Source of the DNA: Escherichia coli
Lineage (GTDB): Bacteria; Pseudomonadota; Gammaproteobacteria; Enterobacterales; Enterobacteriaceae
Direction: 5' to 3' (one strand)
Assembly: GCF_013122565.1 (NCBI RefSeq)
Contig: NZ_CP053258.1
Length of the DNA: 64,000 nucleotides
The position numbers were made by a program, and so were the translations under genes. Numbering within the stretch: position 1 is the stretch's first letter; the number at the start of each line of letters is the position of its first letter. Below are positions 15,123-23,191 of the stretch, piece by piece. Below the pieces are notes generated by a model. That model saw nothing but the letters and a program-made list of their open reading frames with translations. It was not told the origin of the DNA and made no database searches.

Positions 15123-15159
15123 AAAAAAGAAACAAAAGGGAAATGCATCTTTCCCTTTT
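15123..15159 (-). terminator. intrinsic terminator downstream of ydbC
   Basis: Stem AAAAGGGAAA / TTTCCCTTTT with a 6-nt loop, followed on the minus strand by GUUUCUUUUUU; ends 18 nt upstream of the ydbD ATG. Confidence 0.6.
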
Positions 15160-15168
15160 GTATATTCG

Positions 15169-16029
15169 TTATTCTCGCGAAATACCATCCAACGTAGACA
15201 ACACTTCCTCAGAAAGATGCAATTTTTCAGCAGCCATATTCTCCCGTAAATGCGCAACAGAAGACGTCCCTGGGATCAGCAAAATATTCGGTGAACGTTG
15301 TAACAGCCACGCCAGCGCCACCTGCATTGGTGTTGCACCCAGGCTCGCAGCAACATCGGAAAGCGTGGAGGATTGCAGCGGCGTAAAGCCCCCGAGCGGG
15401 AAGAACGGCACGTAGGCAATGCCATCGCGGGCCAAAGCATCAATCATTGCATCATCCGCACGATGAGCAATGTTGTATTCGTTTTGCACACAGACGATTT
15501 CGGTAATCTTACGCGCCTCTGCAACCTGCGTCGGTGTAACGTTGCTCAGACCAATATGTTTCACCAGGCCTTGTTGTTGCATCTCTGCCAGCACTGTCAG
15601 GCTGGCTTCAATCGAGCCTTCCGCTGGGCCATGACCATCCCCCATCATAATGCGCAAGTTAACCACATCCAGTACGTCCAGCCCGAGATTACGTAGATTA
15701 TCGTGCACCGCTTTTTGCAGCTCTGCCGGAGAAAAGGCAGGCAACCAGGATGCGTCCTCTCCACGCCGCGCACCAATTTTAGTGACAATTGTCAGGTCGT
15801 CAGAGTAAGGATAAAGCGCTTCGCGGATAATCTGATTGGTGACGTGCGGACCATAAAAGTCGCTGGTATCAATGTGATTGACGCCCAATGCCAGCGCCTC
15901 ACGCAGCACGGTAATAGCGACGTGGCGATCTCTTGGGGGGCCAAAAACCCCAGGACCTGCCAGTTGCATCGCGCCATAACCGAGACGGTTAACGGATTTT
16001 GTACCGAGAGTAAATGTATTGCTGCTCAT
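15169..16029 (-). CDS. ydbC: aldo-keto reductase
   Basis: 286-aa ORF with aldo-keto reductase fold sequence; position matches K-12 ydbC. Confidence 0.9.
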   Translation of the reverse strand: MSSNTFTLGTKSVNRLGYGAMQLAGPGVFGPPRDRHVAITVLREALALGVNHIDTSDFYGPHVTNQIIREALYPYSDDLTIVTKIGARRGEDASWLPAFSPAELQKAVHDNLRNLGLDVLDVVNLRIMMGDGHGPAEGSIEASLTVLAEMQQQGLVKHIGLSNVTPTQVAEARKITEIVCVQNEYNIAHRADDAMIDALARDGIAYVPFFPLGGFTPLQSSTLSDVAASLGATPMQVALAWLLQRSPNILLIPGTSSVAHLRENMAAEKLHLSEEVLSTLDGISRE

Positions 16030-16184
16030 CGCACCCTGCCCTGTAATAAAACGGATTAAGAAAAATCAGTATAGAAACGAAAAGAGATAAATAATGCGAA
16101 GGTGTAAACAAGATTGCTTGATGAGTTGCTCTGTTATCCTGAAAGACACCAAAACAAAACGCGTAAAGCGCCGCATCCGGCAAT

Positions 16185-16218
16185 AAAAAAACCGCAACCT
16201 GTATCAGCGTTGCGGTTT
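16185..16218 (-). terminator. intrinsic terminator downstream of ydbA
   Basis: Stem AACCGCAAC / GTTGCGGTT followed on the minus strand by a U-run (plus-strand A-run 16185..16190); a REP-like GCGCCGCATCCGGCA lies alongside. Confidence 0.7.
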
Positions 16219-16237
16219 AGGGATCACATGCTAAAAA

Positions 16238-19200
16238 TTAGAACGTTTTCTTGAAGTTCAGCATCACGCCTTTGTCGCTGATGCCGTCCTCTTTCCAGTT
16301 GTACGCATCCAGGTTCAGTGAGCTTTCTTTGCTGCTGTACTTCACGCCGACGCTTGCCAGGCTGTTGATGCCGCCACCCTTCTGACCGTCATCGACGTTA
16401 AAGTGCTGACTGCCTGCGCCTGCCAGGCTTGCCGTGCGCTGGCTCTTCGCGTAGCTCAGATTCGGCCCGCCTTCCAGCGTGGCGCTAGCGCTCCAGCCGT
16501 CTTTACCTGCGTAATCCAGTTTCAACCCGACGATGCTGTCCACCGCCGTTTCGCTGCCACTGTTCATATTCAGGTTAAAGTCTCCGGCATTGCGCTCCTG
16601 ATAGCCACCTTCCAGTGTGTGACGCAGTTTAACACCCGCATATGGCGTAACCTTCAGTCCTTCGCTCGGTTCGAAAGTCTTCGCCCCTTCGCTGCGGAAC
16701 TCCAGGTACTGCTGCTTCACGTCGGTATCAGCCGTTTTGTTTGTGTTGCTAAATGCAATCGAACGGCTGCTGTCAAGGTTGTGAACGTCATAACGCAATG
16801 CGTTATTCCAGTTCATGCCGTTGTCGAAGGACATCTGATGTTTCAGGCCAAAGAACTGGCTGTAGCCGCCGGTTACGCCGTTGTCGCCCGCTTTCTGCGC
16901 ACCATCGCCATCCAGACGCGCAATACCGTATTCCAGGCTCATGCTCTGGCTTTCGCTCAGGTCGATGGTTTTACGCAATGCCAGCATGTCGTACTCGGTA
17001 TTATTACCTAACTCGGCACGCGGATCGCCTTTCGCCACCACGTTGAACGCCAGACCATTGCCCACTTTCGGCGCGGCATCCGCCAGCATACTAAAGCGGT
17101 TGCTTAACACGCGCGCTTCACGGAACACCGTGGTCGCCAGGCTACCGCTGACCTGTTTCAGGGCGCTGTTCAGTTCGGCGGTGGTGCCAACGTTCAGGCT
17201 GGTATACAGCTCGTTGTTGGTGTAACCCGCATCCAGTGCCTTCGCGACGTCATTTACCGAAGCATCGGTTGCGACATCGGTGTAGGCATTTTTGCTCATG
17301 GTAACGTCAACGTTACCGTTGGCATCGGTGCTGCCTTTGGCGTTCCATACGACCGTAGAGGAAACGATGTTGTCCACACCGCTGATGTTTTCGCCTTTGA
17401 ATACATCGTTAACGACAACGGTGGTATCCGCTGTTCCTGCACTAAACCCGGCATTAACACTCACGTTGTCGCCAATCACCAGGTTATTCGCGCTGAGCGT
17501 ACCGGAACTCCCGTCGCTATTGGTACCGATGGTATAGTTGCTCAGCAGTTGCGGCGCATTTGAATCAGCAGGCGGGGTTGGAACATCACCTTGTGACGGC
17601 GTAGTTGATGCGTCTGGTACGGTGATATCCACAGTACCGTTGTGGTCGTTTTGTGTACCCGTTGTTCCAGGAGCATAAATATCGCATCCGGTATCACACA
17701 GCAGGTTAATTTCACCGTTGTTAATGATGGCTTTCGTTTGCCCACCAAACGCCCAGGAATTATCGGCATAGACATTAATCACACCCGTTTGCGTGTTATT
17801 AATTGTTGTTTCCCGACCATTGCCTTTAATACCAATTAAACCTTCGCCATTGGTTCCATCCTGTTGCCCCTGCTCAGTACCCACATTAATGGTGCCACTG
17901 TTCACCAACTGAACAACATAACTGGTTGTGCCGCCACTGATGCCCACCGCATTATCGCCCTGAACATTAATAACGCCAGCGTTAGCAAAGTTATAACCTC
18001 GTCCTAAATCAACCAACGGAGCCGCAGGGTTAATACCATTGATTACCCCTGTTTCTGTGTTCCAGATCCATTTACCTTTACTGTTCGAGCCAGTACTTTC
18101 GGTTTTGATCGCGCTGTAGCCATTTGTAGCCGTAATGGTTCCACGGTTAACCTGAGATACAGAATCCCCGGTTCTGGTTACATGAATAATCGCGTTTTCA
18201 CCGCCCGTTACCGCATTACCACTATTCGTCAGGGTCGCACCCGCTTCGTTGAAGAACAGGAAACTCCCGTTGATGAGTGATTGCCCATCTTCGGTCACCG
18301 TCATTTCACCGGTATTCACTACGTTCTGTTGATAGCTGTTGCCGGTAATTGAACCGCTGAACTCACCTTCGTTAAAGAAGGAAACCGCACCATTCAACGT
18401 AAGGAGATCTGTTGTCATGCTCCCGGTTTCACGGTTATAGATCGTGGTTTTGCTGTTAATACTGTCAACATCCAGGGTCCCACTATTCTCCAACCCTTGA
18501 GTGACACTCAGTTCGCCATTGATGGTCAGACTGGCATCAGGTTGGTTATATAACCAGCCGTTTGCATCAACATTGCCATTAAGCGTTTCATCTCCGTAGT
18601 TTGCCAGGTTATTAACAACGACAAAACCGTCGGTAGTTGTGGTTTTGCTGATGCTCTCCCCGCTACCAGACAACTCGCTAAGAACATCTTTGTCATCCGG
18701 CGTCACCCCCATATGGGAATCACTTTCATCCATTGGATTACCGAAAAGAGTAATTTTTCCGTAGTTGAGAATGGTACCGGTGCTATCTTTATAAAACGCC
18801 TGACCAATATCAGTATTAATATTAATCACACCATCCTGGTCATTAATGGCCAGACCACCTTGAATTGCCCCCATCGCGAACAACTGGTTATCTTGCTGCT
18901 TCGTCACACCCTCATCGGCGGTGAGATTGATCGTTCCCTGGTTGACAACGGTCCCGCCGCTCATCGCCAGCATACCAAAACCTTCGTTATTAACATTGAT
19001 GGTTCCGGTATTTAACCCACTGGCATCGCCATTTCCGATATCGGTTGACCCTACAACAACGCCACCGGACATAAGATAAGGATGGGGTGGTTGCCAGTAG
19101 GATTTACTAATGATATTGCCATCTTCATCAAGTTCGGGAACAAAACCATCGACATTGATTTCCCCGGCATTTGTCGCCGTGCCTTTAGATGCTGCAGCAG

Positions 19201-22200
19201 CATAGTTTCCCGCGCCTTGCAAATTAATGGTGGCGTCAGATTCATTCACTGTGATGCCGTAATCACTGGCCCACAGCCCGTAGTTGACACCGAAATACCA
19301 TTTCAGGGGGGATTCAGACATCCCGCCTGCGTATGCAGGTGTCGTTACAGAGATCAGATTAATAACCCCACCCGACGCATTCGTAACCTGAGAATTCTGG
19401 CCACGAGCACGCATTGTCCCCCCCCTGGAGAATTCCTCACCGCTAGGTTTGACATTAATAATTCCACTATTAGTGATATGTGCACCATTGTTAGCCGTCA
19501 TTAAATCCTGGCTATCCATTGTGTTAATCACACCTTTGTTTTCAACGCTGGACTGACTGCCAATAGCAGAAATAAGCGCACGTTCAAAGAAGAAAAAGTC
19601 GGTTTCCCTGGCTTTACTGGATATATCCGTTACAGCGTTTTCATCAAATATAACTTTTCCACCGTCCGCCACCGAGACCAACGTAAAGGCACCCAATTCC
19701 TGACGGGTATCCATTGTCGAATGACCACTAATGTTAACGGTATTGTCACCAATAACCGATACGCCATCTATAACATGTGCGGCGCTATCACCACTAATAT
19801 TAATACCGCCATCAATATTAACGGTATTCTTCTCGCCAGAAACAATTATGCCACTCACTAAATTTTCCTGGTGTAGCAGCTCCCCTTGTACGGTGATATC
19901 AACATGGCCACTAATATCTACAGTGTTATTTTTACCACTAATCGTTCCACCTGTTAATGCTGTGATTTGTGCATCAGGGTTATCGCCGAGGATGGAATTA
20001 ACATTGATGCTTCCGTCAACGCTAATATGGCTGTCATTACCCGTCAGACTGAAACCTGTAGCACCCGGCGCATTGCCCTCGCTGTCTGGTTGCTGGAATA
20101 CGTTAATATCGCCGCTTAATTGAACCTGTTCACGGTCACCCGCAATGGATACCCCAGTTCCGTACCGTGAAACATCAATTTCGCCCACGTTACCGAAAAC
20201 TTCATCATCACCATCAATCAGAATCCCCACAGAACCGGAATCCGTGACAACAATTTTGCCTTTATTACTTAACTGCGAGTTATTACCGGCAATATCAATA
20301 CCCGTTGCCCCTCCGCTGACGTAGAGGTCACCTTCCTGGCTAATTGTTGCATTGTGACCGGCAACTTTTGTCCCTACTGCATTCGCACCGTCAACCGTCA
20401 TATCCCCGGCGATATTCATCTCATTGCCATCGCCAGTGATGGTTATACCTGTGGCATTTTCACCCAAAATATTAAGATCATAGGTTGCCAGGGTTATACT
20501 ATTGTTGTCGCCGATAATCTCCATGCCAGTCGTATCGTCTTTAACCAGCATTGAGCCAGCAAGAGAAATACTGCTGCTGTCCCCGGTGATTTTTACACCA
20601 GTACCGCTATTTGTTGTGGTGATGTCTCCCACATTGACAAAGGTAGTATTATCACCATTGATTAACACGCCGTAGGGGTTTCCGTCACTGTCCGCCTGAC
20701 CTACATTGATATCACCAATGTTCATAAAGGTTGTTTGATCGCCATCCAGCAATACACCGATGGAAGTATCATCCACCACAGTAACATTACCCTTATTACT
20801 GACGAGAGTACCTTTACCCTCGGCGTCAATACCGTGTGCGCCACCGCTGACGTATAAATCACCCTGTTGCCTTACAATGGCATCTTCGCCGATAATTTTT
20901 GATCCCGTTGAATTTGCACCATCGACGGTCATGTCGCCTTTGATTTCAATGCGGGCATCATCCCCTGTAATCACACTCCCCGTGCCACCATTCGTGATTT
21001 CGACATCACCAACGGTGTTCAACGTAGTACGATCGCCATTGACAATAACGGCCGTACCACCATCGACATCTGTCTCACCATTATTAGTAATGGTGATATC
21101 GTCACCGGTAAGAATACCTACCACCGAACCTTCACCAATCGCGGTAGTTTGACCGTCGTTGTTCAGGGTGATGTCGTTACCGTCAACGTTTATCACAACG
21201 CCGCCATTCAGCGCGATGTTGCCGCCATGGTCGGTAATAGTGGCATCGTTAATATGGAAATGTTCGCCAGTTGTACCGTCTGCGGTGGTGAGTGACTCTA
21301 TGATTATTTCGATTTTTCCCGCTTCGTCATAGCGCCAGGTGGAGGTTCCGCTCGGATTGACGCCATTGAACGAAGCAGTGTTAGCCGCCTCGTCGACTAA
21401 CCAATCCTTTACGATTGTGGTAGTGCCGCCAGGTCCGGTAAGCGTATAGCTGCCATCGTCATTTTTGGTGTAGGTAAAGGTGGTATCACGTAATTTTAGG
21501 GTCTTCGCGTCCTGATCCCAGGTGACATCGTTTTTATAGACCACTGGATCGTGTTTAACTGGCGTGTCATCGCCACCGTCATCCGGGGTGTCATCGCCGC
21601 CATCATCTGGCGGGACGGGGGTGTCGCCGCCATCATCCGGCGGGACTGGTGTGTCGCCGCCATCATCCGGCGGGACTGGTGTATCACCGCCATCATCCGG
21701 CGGGACTGGTGTGTCGCCGCCATCATCCGGCGGGACTGGTGTGTCACCGCCATCATCCGGCGGGACAGGTGTATCACTGCCATCGTCTGGCGGGACTGGC
21801 GTGTCGCCGCCATCATCCGGCGGGATGGGTGTATCACCGCCATCATCCGGCGGGACGGGTGTATCACCGCCATCATCCGGCGGGACTGGCGTGTCGCCGC
21901 CATCATCCGGCGGGACGGGTGTATCACCACCATCATCCGGCGGGACTGGCGTGTCGCCGCCATCATCCGGCACCGGAGACGAATCGTCATGATGATTATT
22001 ATTATCGTGGAGTGCATATACTGCGACACCTGTGACTGCCGCTGCCAGCCCCACTGCAGCCCAGGGTAATAACTCATTATCTTCAACTGATTTACACTCT
22101 GCCGGCAGCTTTTCTAGCTGTTCTTTACTTAGTGATTTAATATTGGCCGGGCAGCTAATCTTGCTGGATTTACGAGATTCATCCGATGTTTCCGCTATCG

Positions 22201-22273
22201 ACGTATCTGCCGCCCATGTCTGGCTGCTTAACGCCATTGCAACACAGACACTGAGCAATTTTTTCCTTTGCAT
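16238..22273 (-). CDS. ydbA: autotransporter adhesin-like protein, intact 2011-aa form
   Basis: Uninterrupted 2011-codon ORF with signal peptide, N-terminal PDDGGDTPVP tandem repeats, long Gly/Thr/Asn-rich passenger region and C-terminal beta-barrel-like domain ending in F. The K-12 copy is split by IS elements (from memory). Confidence 0.85.
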   Translation of the reverse strand: MQRKKLLSVCVAMALSSQTWAADTSIAETSDESRKSSKISCPANIKSLSKEQLEKLPAECKSVEDNELLPWAAVGLAAAVTGVAVYALHDNNNHHDDSSPVPDDGGDTPVPPDDGGDTPVPPDDGGDTPVPPDDGGDTPVPPDDGGDTPIPPDDGGDTPVPPDDGSDTPVPPDDGGDTPVPPDDGGDTPVPPDDGGDTPVPPDDGGDTPVPPDDGGDTPVPPDDGGDDTPDDGGDDTPVKHDPVVYKNDVTWDQDAKTLKLRDTTFTYTKNDDGSYTLTGPGGTTTIVKDWLVDEAANTASFNGVNPSGTSTWRYDEAGKIEIIIESLTTADGTTGEHFHINDATITDHGGNIALNGGVVINVDGNDITLNNDGQTTAIGEGSVVGILTGDDITITNNGETDVDGGTAVIVNGDRTTLNTVGDVEITNGGTGSVITGDDARIEIKGDMTVDGANSTGSKIIGEDAIVRQQGDLYVSGGAHGIDAEGKGTLVSNKGNVTVVDDTSIGVLLDGDQTTFMNIGDINVGQADSDGNPYGVLINGDNTTFVNVGDITTTNSGTGVKITGDSSSISLAGSMLVKDDTTGMEIIGDNNSITLATYDLNILGENATGITITGDGNEMNIAGDMTVDGANAVGTKVAGHNATISQEGDLYVSGGATGIDIAGNNSQLSNKGKIVVTDSGSVGILIDGDDEVFGNVGEIDVSRYGTGVSIAGDREQVQLSGDINVFQQPDSEGNAPGATGFSLTGNDSHISVDGSINVNSILGDNPDAQITALTGGTISGKNNTVDISGHVDITVQGELLHQENLVSGIIVSGEKNTVNIDGGINISGDSAAHVIDGVSVIGDNTVNISGHSTMDTRQELGAFTLVSVADGGKVIFDENAVTDISSKARETDFFFFERALISAIGSQSSVENKGVINTMDSQDLMTANNGAHITNSGIINVKPSGEEFSRGGTMRARGQNSQVTNASGGVINLISVTTPAYAGGMSESPLKWYFGVNYGLWASDYGITVNESDATINLQGAGNYAAAASKGTATNAGEINVDGFVPELDEDGNIISKSYWQPPHPYLMSGGVVVGSTDIGNGDASGLNTGTINVNNEGFGMLAMSGGTVVNQGTINLTADEGVTKQQDNQLFAMGAIQGGLAINDQDGVININTDIGQAFYKDSTGTILNYGKITLFGNPMDESDSHMGVTPDDKDVLSELSGSGESISKTTTTDGFVVVNNLANYGDETLNGNVDANGWLYNQPDASLTINGELSVTQGLENSGTLDVDSINSKTTIYNRETGSMTTDLLTLNGAVSFFNEGEFSGSITGNSYQQNVVNTGEMTVTEDGQSLINGSFLFFNEAGATLTNSGNAVTGGENAIIHVTRTGDSVSQVNRGTITATNGYSAIKTESTGSNSKGKWIWNTETGVINGINPAAPLVDLGRGYNFANAGVINVQGDNAVGISGGTTSYVVQLVNSGTINVGTEQGQQDGTNGEGLIGIKGNGRETTINNTQTGVINVYADNSWAFGGQTKAIINNGEINLLCDTGCDIYAPGTTGTQNDHNGTVDITVPDASTTPSQGDVPTPPADSNAPQLLSNYTIGTNSDGSSGTLSANNLVIGDNVSVNAGFSAGTADTTVVVNDVFKGENISGVDNIVSSTVVWNAKGSTDANGNVDVTMSKNAYTDVATDASVNDVAKALDAGYTNNELYTSLNVGTTAELNSALKQVSGSLATTVFREARVLSNRFSMLADAAPKVGNGLAFNVVAKGDPRAELGNNTEYDMLALRKTIDLSESQSMSLEYGIARLDGDGAQKAGDNGVTGGYSQFFGLKHQMSFDNGMNWNNALRYDVHNLDSSRSIAFSNTNKTADTDVKQQYLEFRSEGAKTFEPSEGLKVTPYAGVKLRHTLEGGYQERNAGDFNLNMNSGSETAVDSIVGLKLDYAGKDGWSASATLEGGPNLSYAKSQRTASLAGAGSQHFNVDDGQKGGGINSLASVGVKYSSKESSLNLDAYNWKEDGISDKGVMLNFKKTF
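21571..21972 (-). repeat. tandem array of about 13 30-bp repeats inside ydbA (encoding PDDGGDTPVP units)
   Basis: Twelve near-identical head-to-tail 30-bp units (CATCATCCGGCGGGACTGGTGTGTCGCCGC on the plus strand) from 21601 to 21960, plus degenerate flanking units; in frame with ydbA. Confidence 0.95.
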
Positions 22274-22674
22274 ATGAAATTCCTCATAAATAGATGCTTA
22301 CGCAGCCCAGATAAACTGCACAGGGTTAAATAGTTAAAAATATTCGAAATCTGGATATTGTTTTTAACAGAATAAATATATTGATTTAGTGAATGTATTT
22401 ATTCATTAAGTCAATATATCTTTTCTTTAATTTATATTTTTAACGCATTTATTTCAACTTAAAATATGGCGTAATTGAGATTAAATCCGATAACACCGAT
22501 GAATTAAATAATGCAATTAATTCATGAAATAAATAAATTATCATGTGAATGAAGCATTCATCATCGGCATCTATATGAAATTAAATGAAAAATAATTCTC
22601 TATAGCATTGCAGTTAATATTGAATATTTCAGGAGGTACAACCAGGCAGATTTTTCTCGACGAATACCGACTTA

Positions 22675-23001
22675 TTATTTTTGCAACCACATTCCGTTTA
22701 TCCCGCGAATGTATTCTCCCGGCTTAGCTTTTGCTACCAGTTTCTGCCCCGCCAATTTTTCCACTTCCGCAACCGGCAGATTATTTTTCATGGCGAGTTG
22801 TTGATAGCTCTTATTACGCGATTCATTAATCCTTTTGACTAACATCTGTGTTTCGGTATCCGCCTTTAATGCAACCAGATAACCATTATACGTTTCGCCA
22901 ACACGCCCCTGAGTTCGAGCGTCATCCAGCGTCAGAGCCATCGCACTGGTGCTAAATAAGGCATTAATGACAAAACACAGTATTAAACTTCTCTTCATCA
23001 T
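22675..23001 (-). CDS. ydbL: DUF1318-family periplasmic protein
   Basis: Longest ORF is 134 aa; internal start MMKRSLILCF followed by a signal peptide gives 108 aa as in K-12. Confidence 0.75.
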   Translation of the reverse strand: MMKRSLILCFVINALFSTSAMALTLDDARTQGRVGETYNGYLVALKADTETQMLVKRINESRNKSYQQLAMKNNLPVAEVEKLAGQKLVAKAKPGEYIRGINGMWLQK

Positions 23002-23005
23002 CGCC

Positions 23006-23191
23006 TCAGAAAAGATCGCTACGAGTTTCAAGCAGCTCTTCGACATCTTTGTCTGCCTTGATGATGATCTCATGCTCAATTTTAACGTTCATATTGATAG
23101 TGATCGGTTCCTTAGGTGCAGCGACTTCAATGCGAGGCGTACAGCCAACCAGCATAAAAGATGACGTCAACGCAGCCAGTAAAATTTTCAT
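23006..23191 (-). CDS. ynbE: small lipoprotein YnbE
   Basis: 61-aa ORF with lipobox LVGC; start overlaps the ydbH stop by 4 nt. Confidence 0.8.
   Translation of the reverse strand: MKILLAALTSSFMLVGCTPRIEVAAPKEPITINMNVKIEHEIIIKADKDVEELLETRSDLF

Noticed and set aside
21571-21972. Regular 30-bp direct repeats that could be mistaken for a CRISPR array.
   Set aside because: The units are contiguous with no unique spacers, lie in frame within the ydbA coding sequence, and no cas genes or leader are present. It is a coding tandem repeat.
21496-22086. Several ORFs of 128-196 aa on both strands across the ydbA repeat array (21496..22086 -, 21551..22069 +, 21564..21992 +, 21649..22035 +).
   Set aside because: They are alternative-frame and antisense readings of the 30-bp tandem repeats inside ydbA. 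Their periodic, low-complexity translations (SPPSSGGTGV, HHPAGLVC and similar) are artefacts of the repeat and not independent genes.
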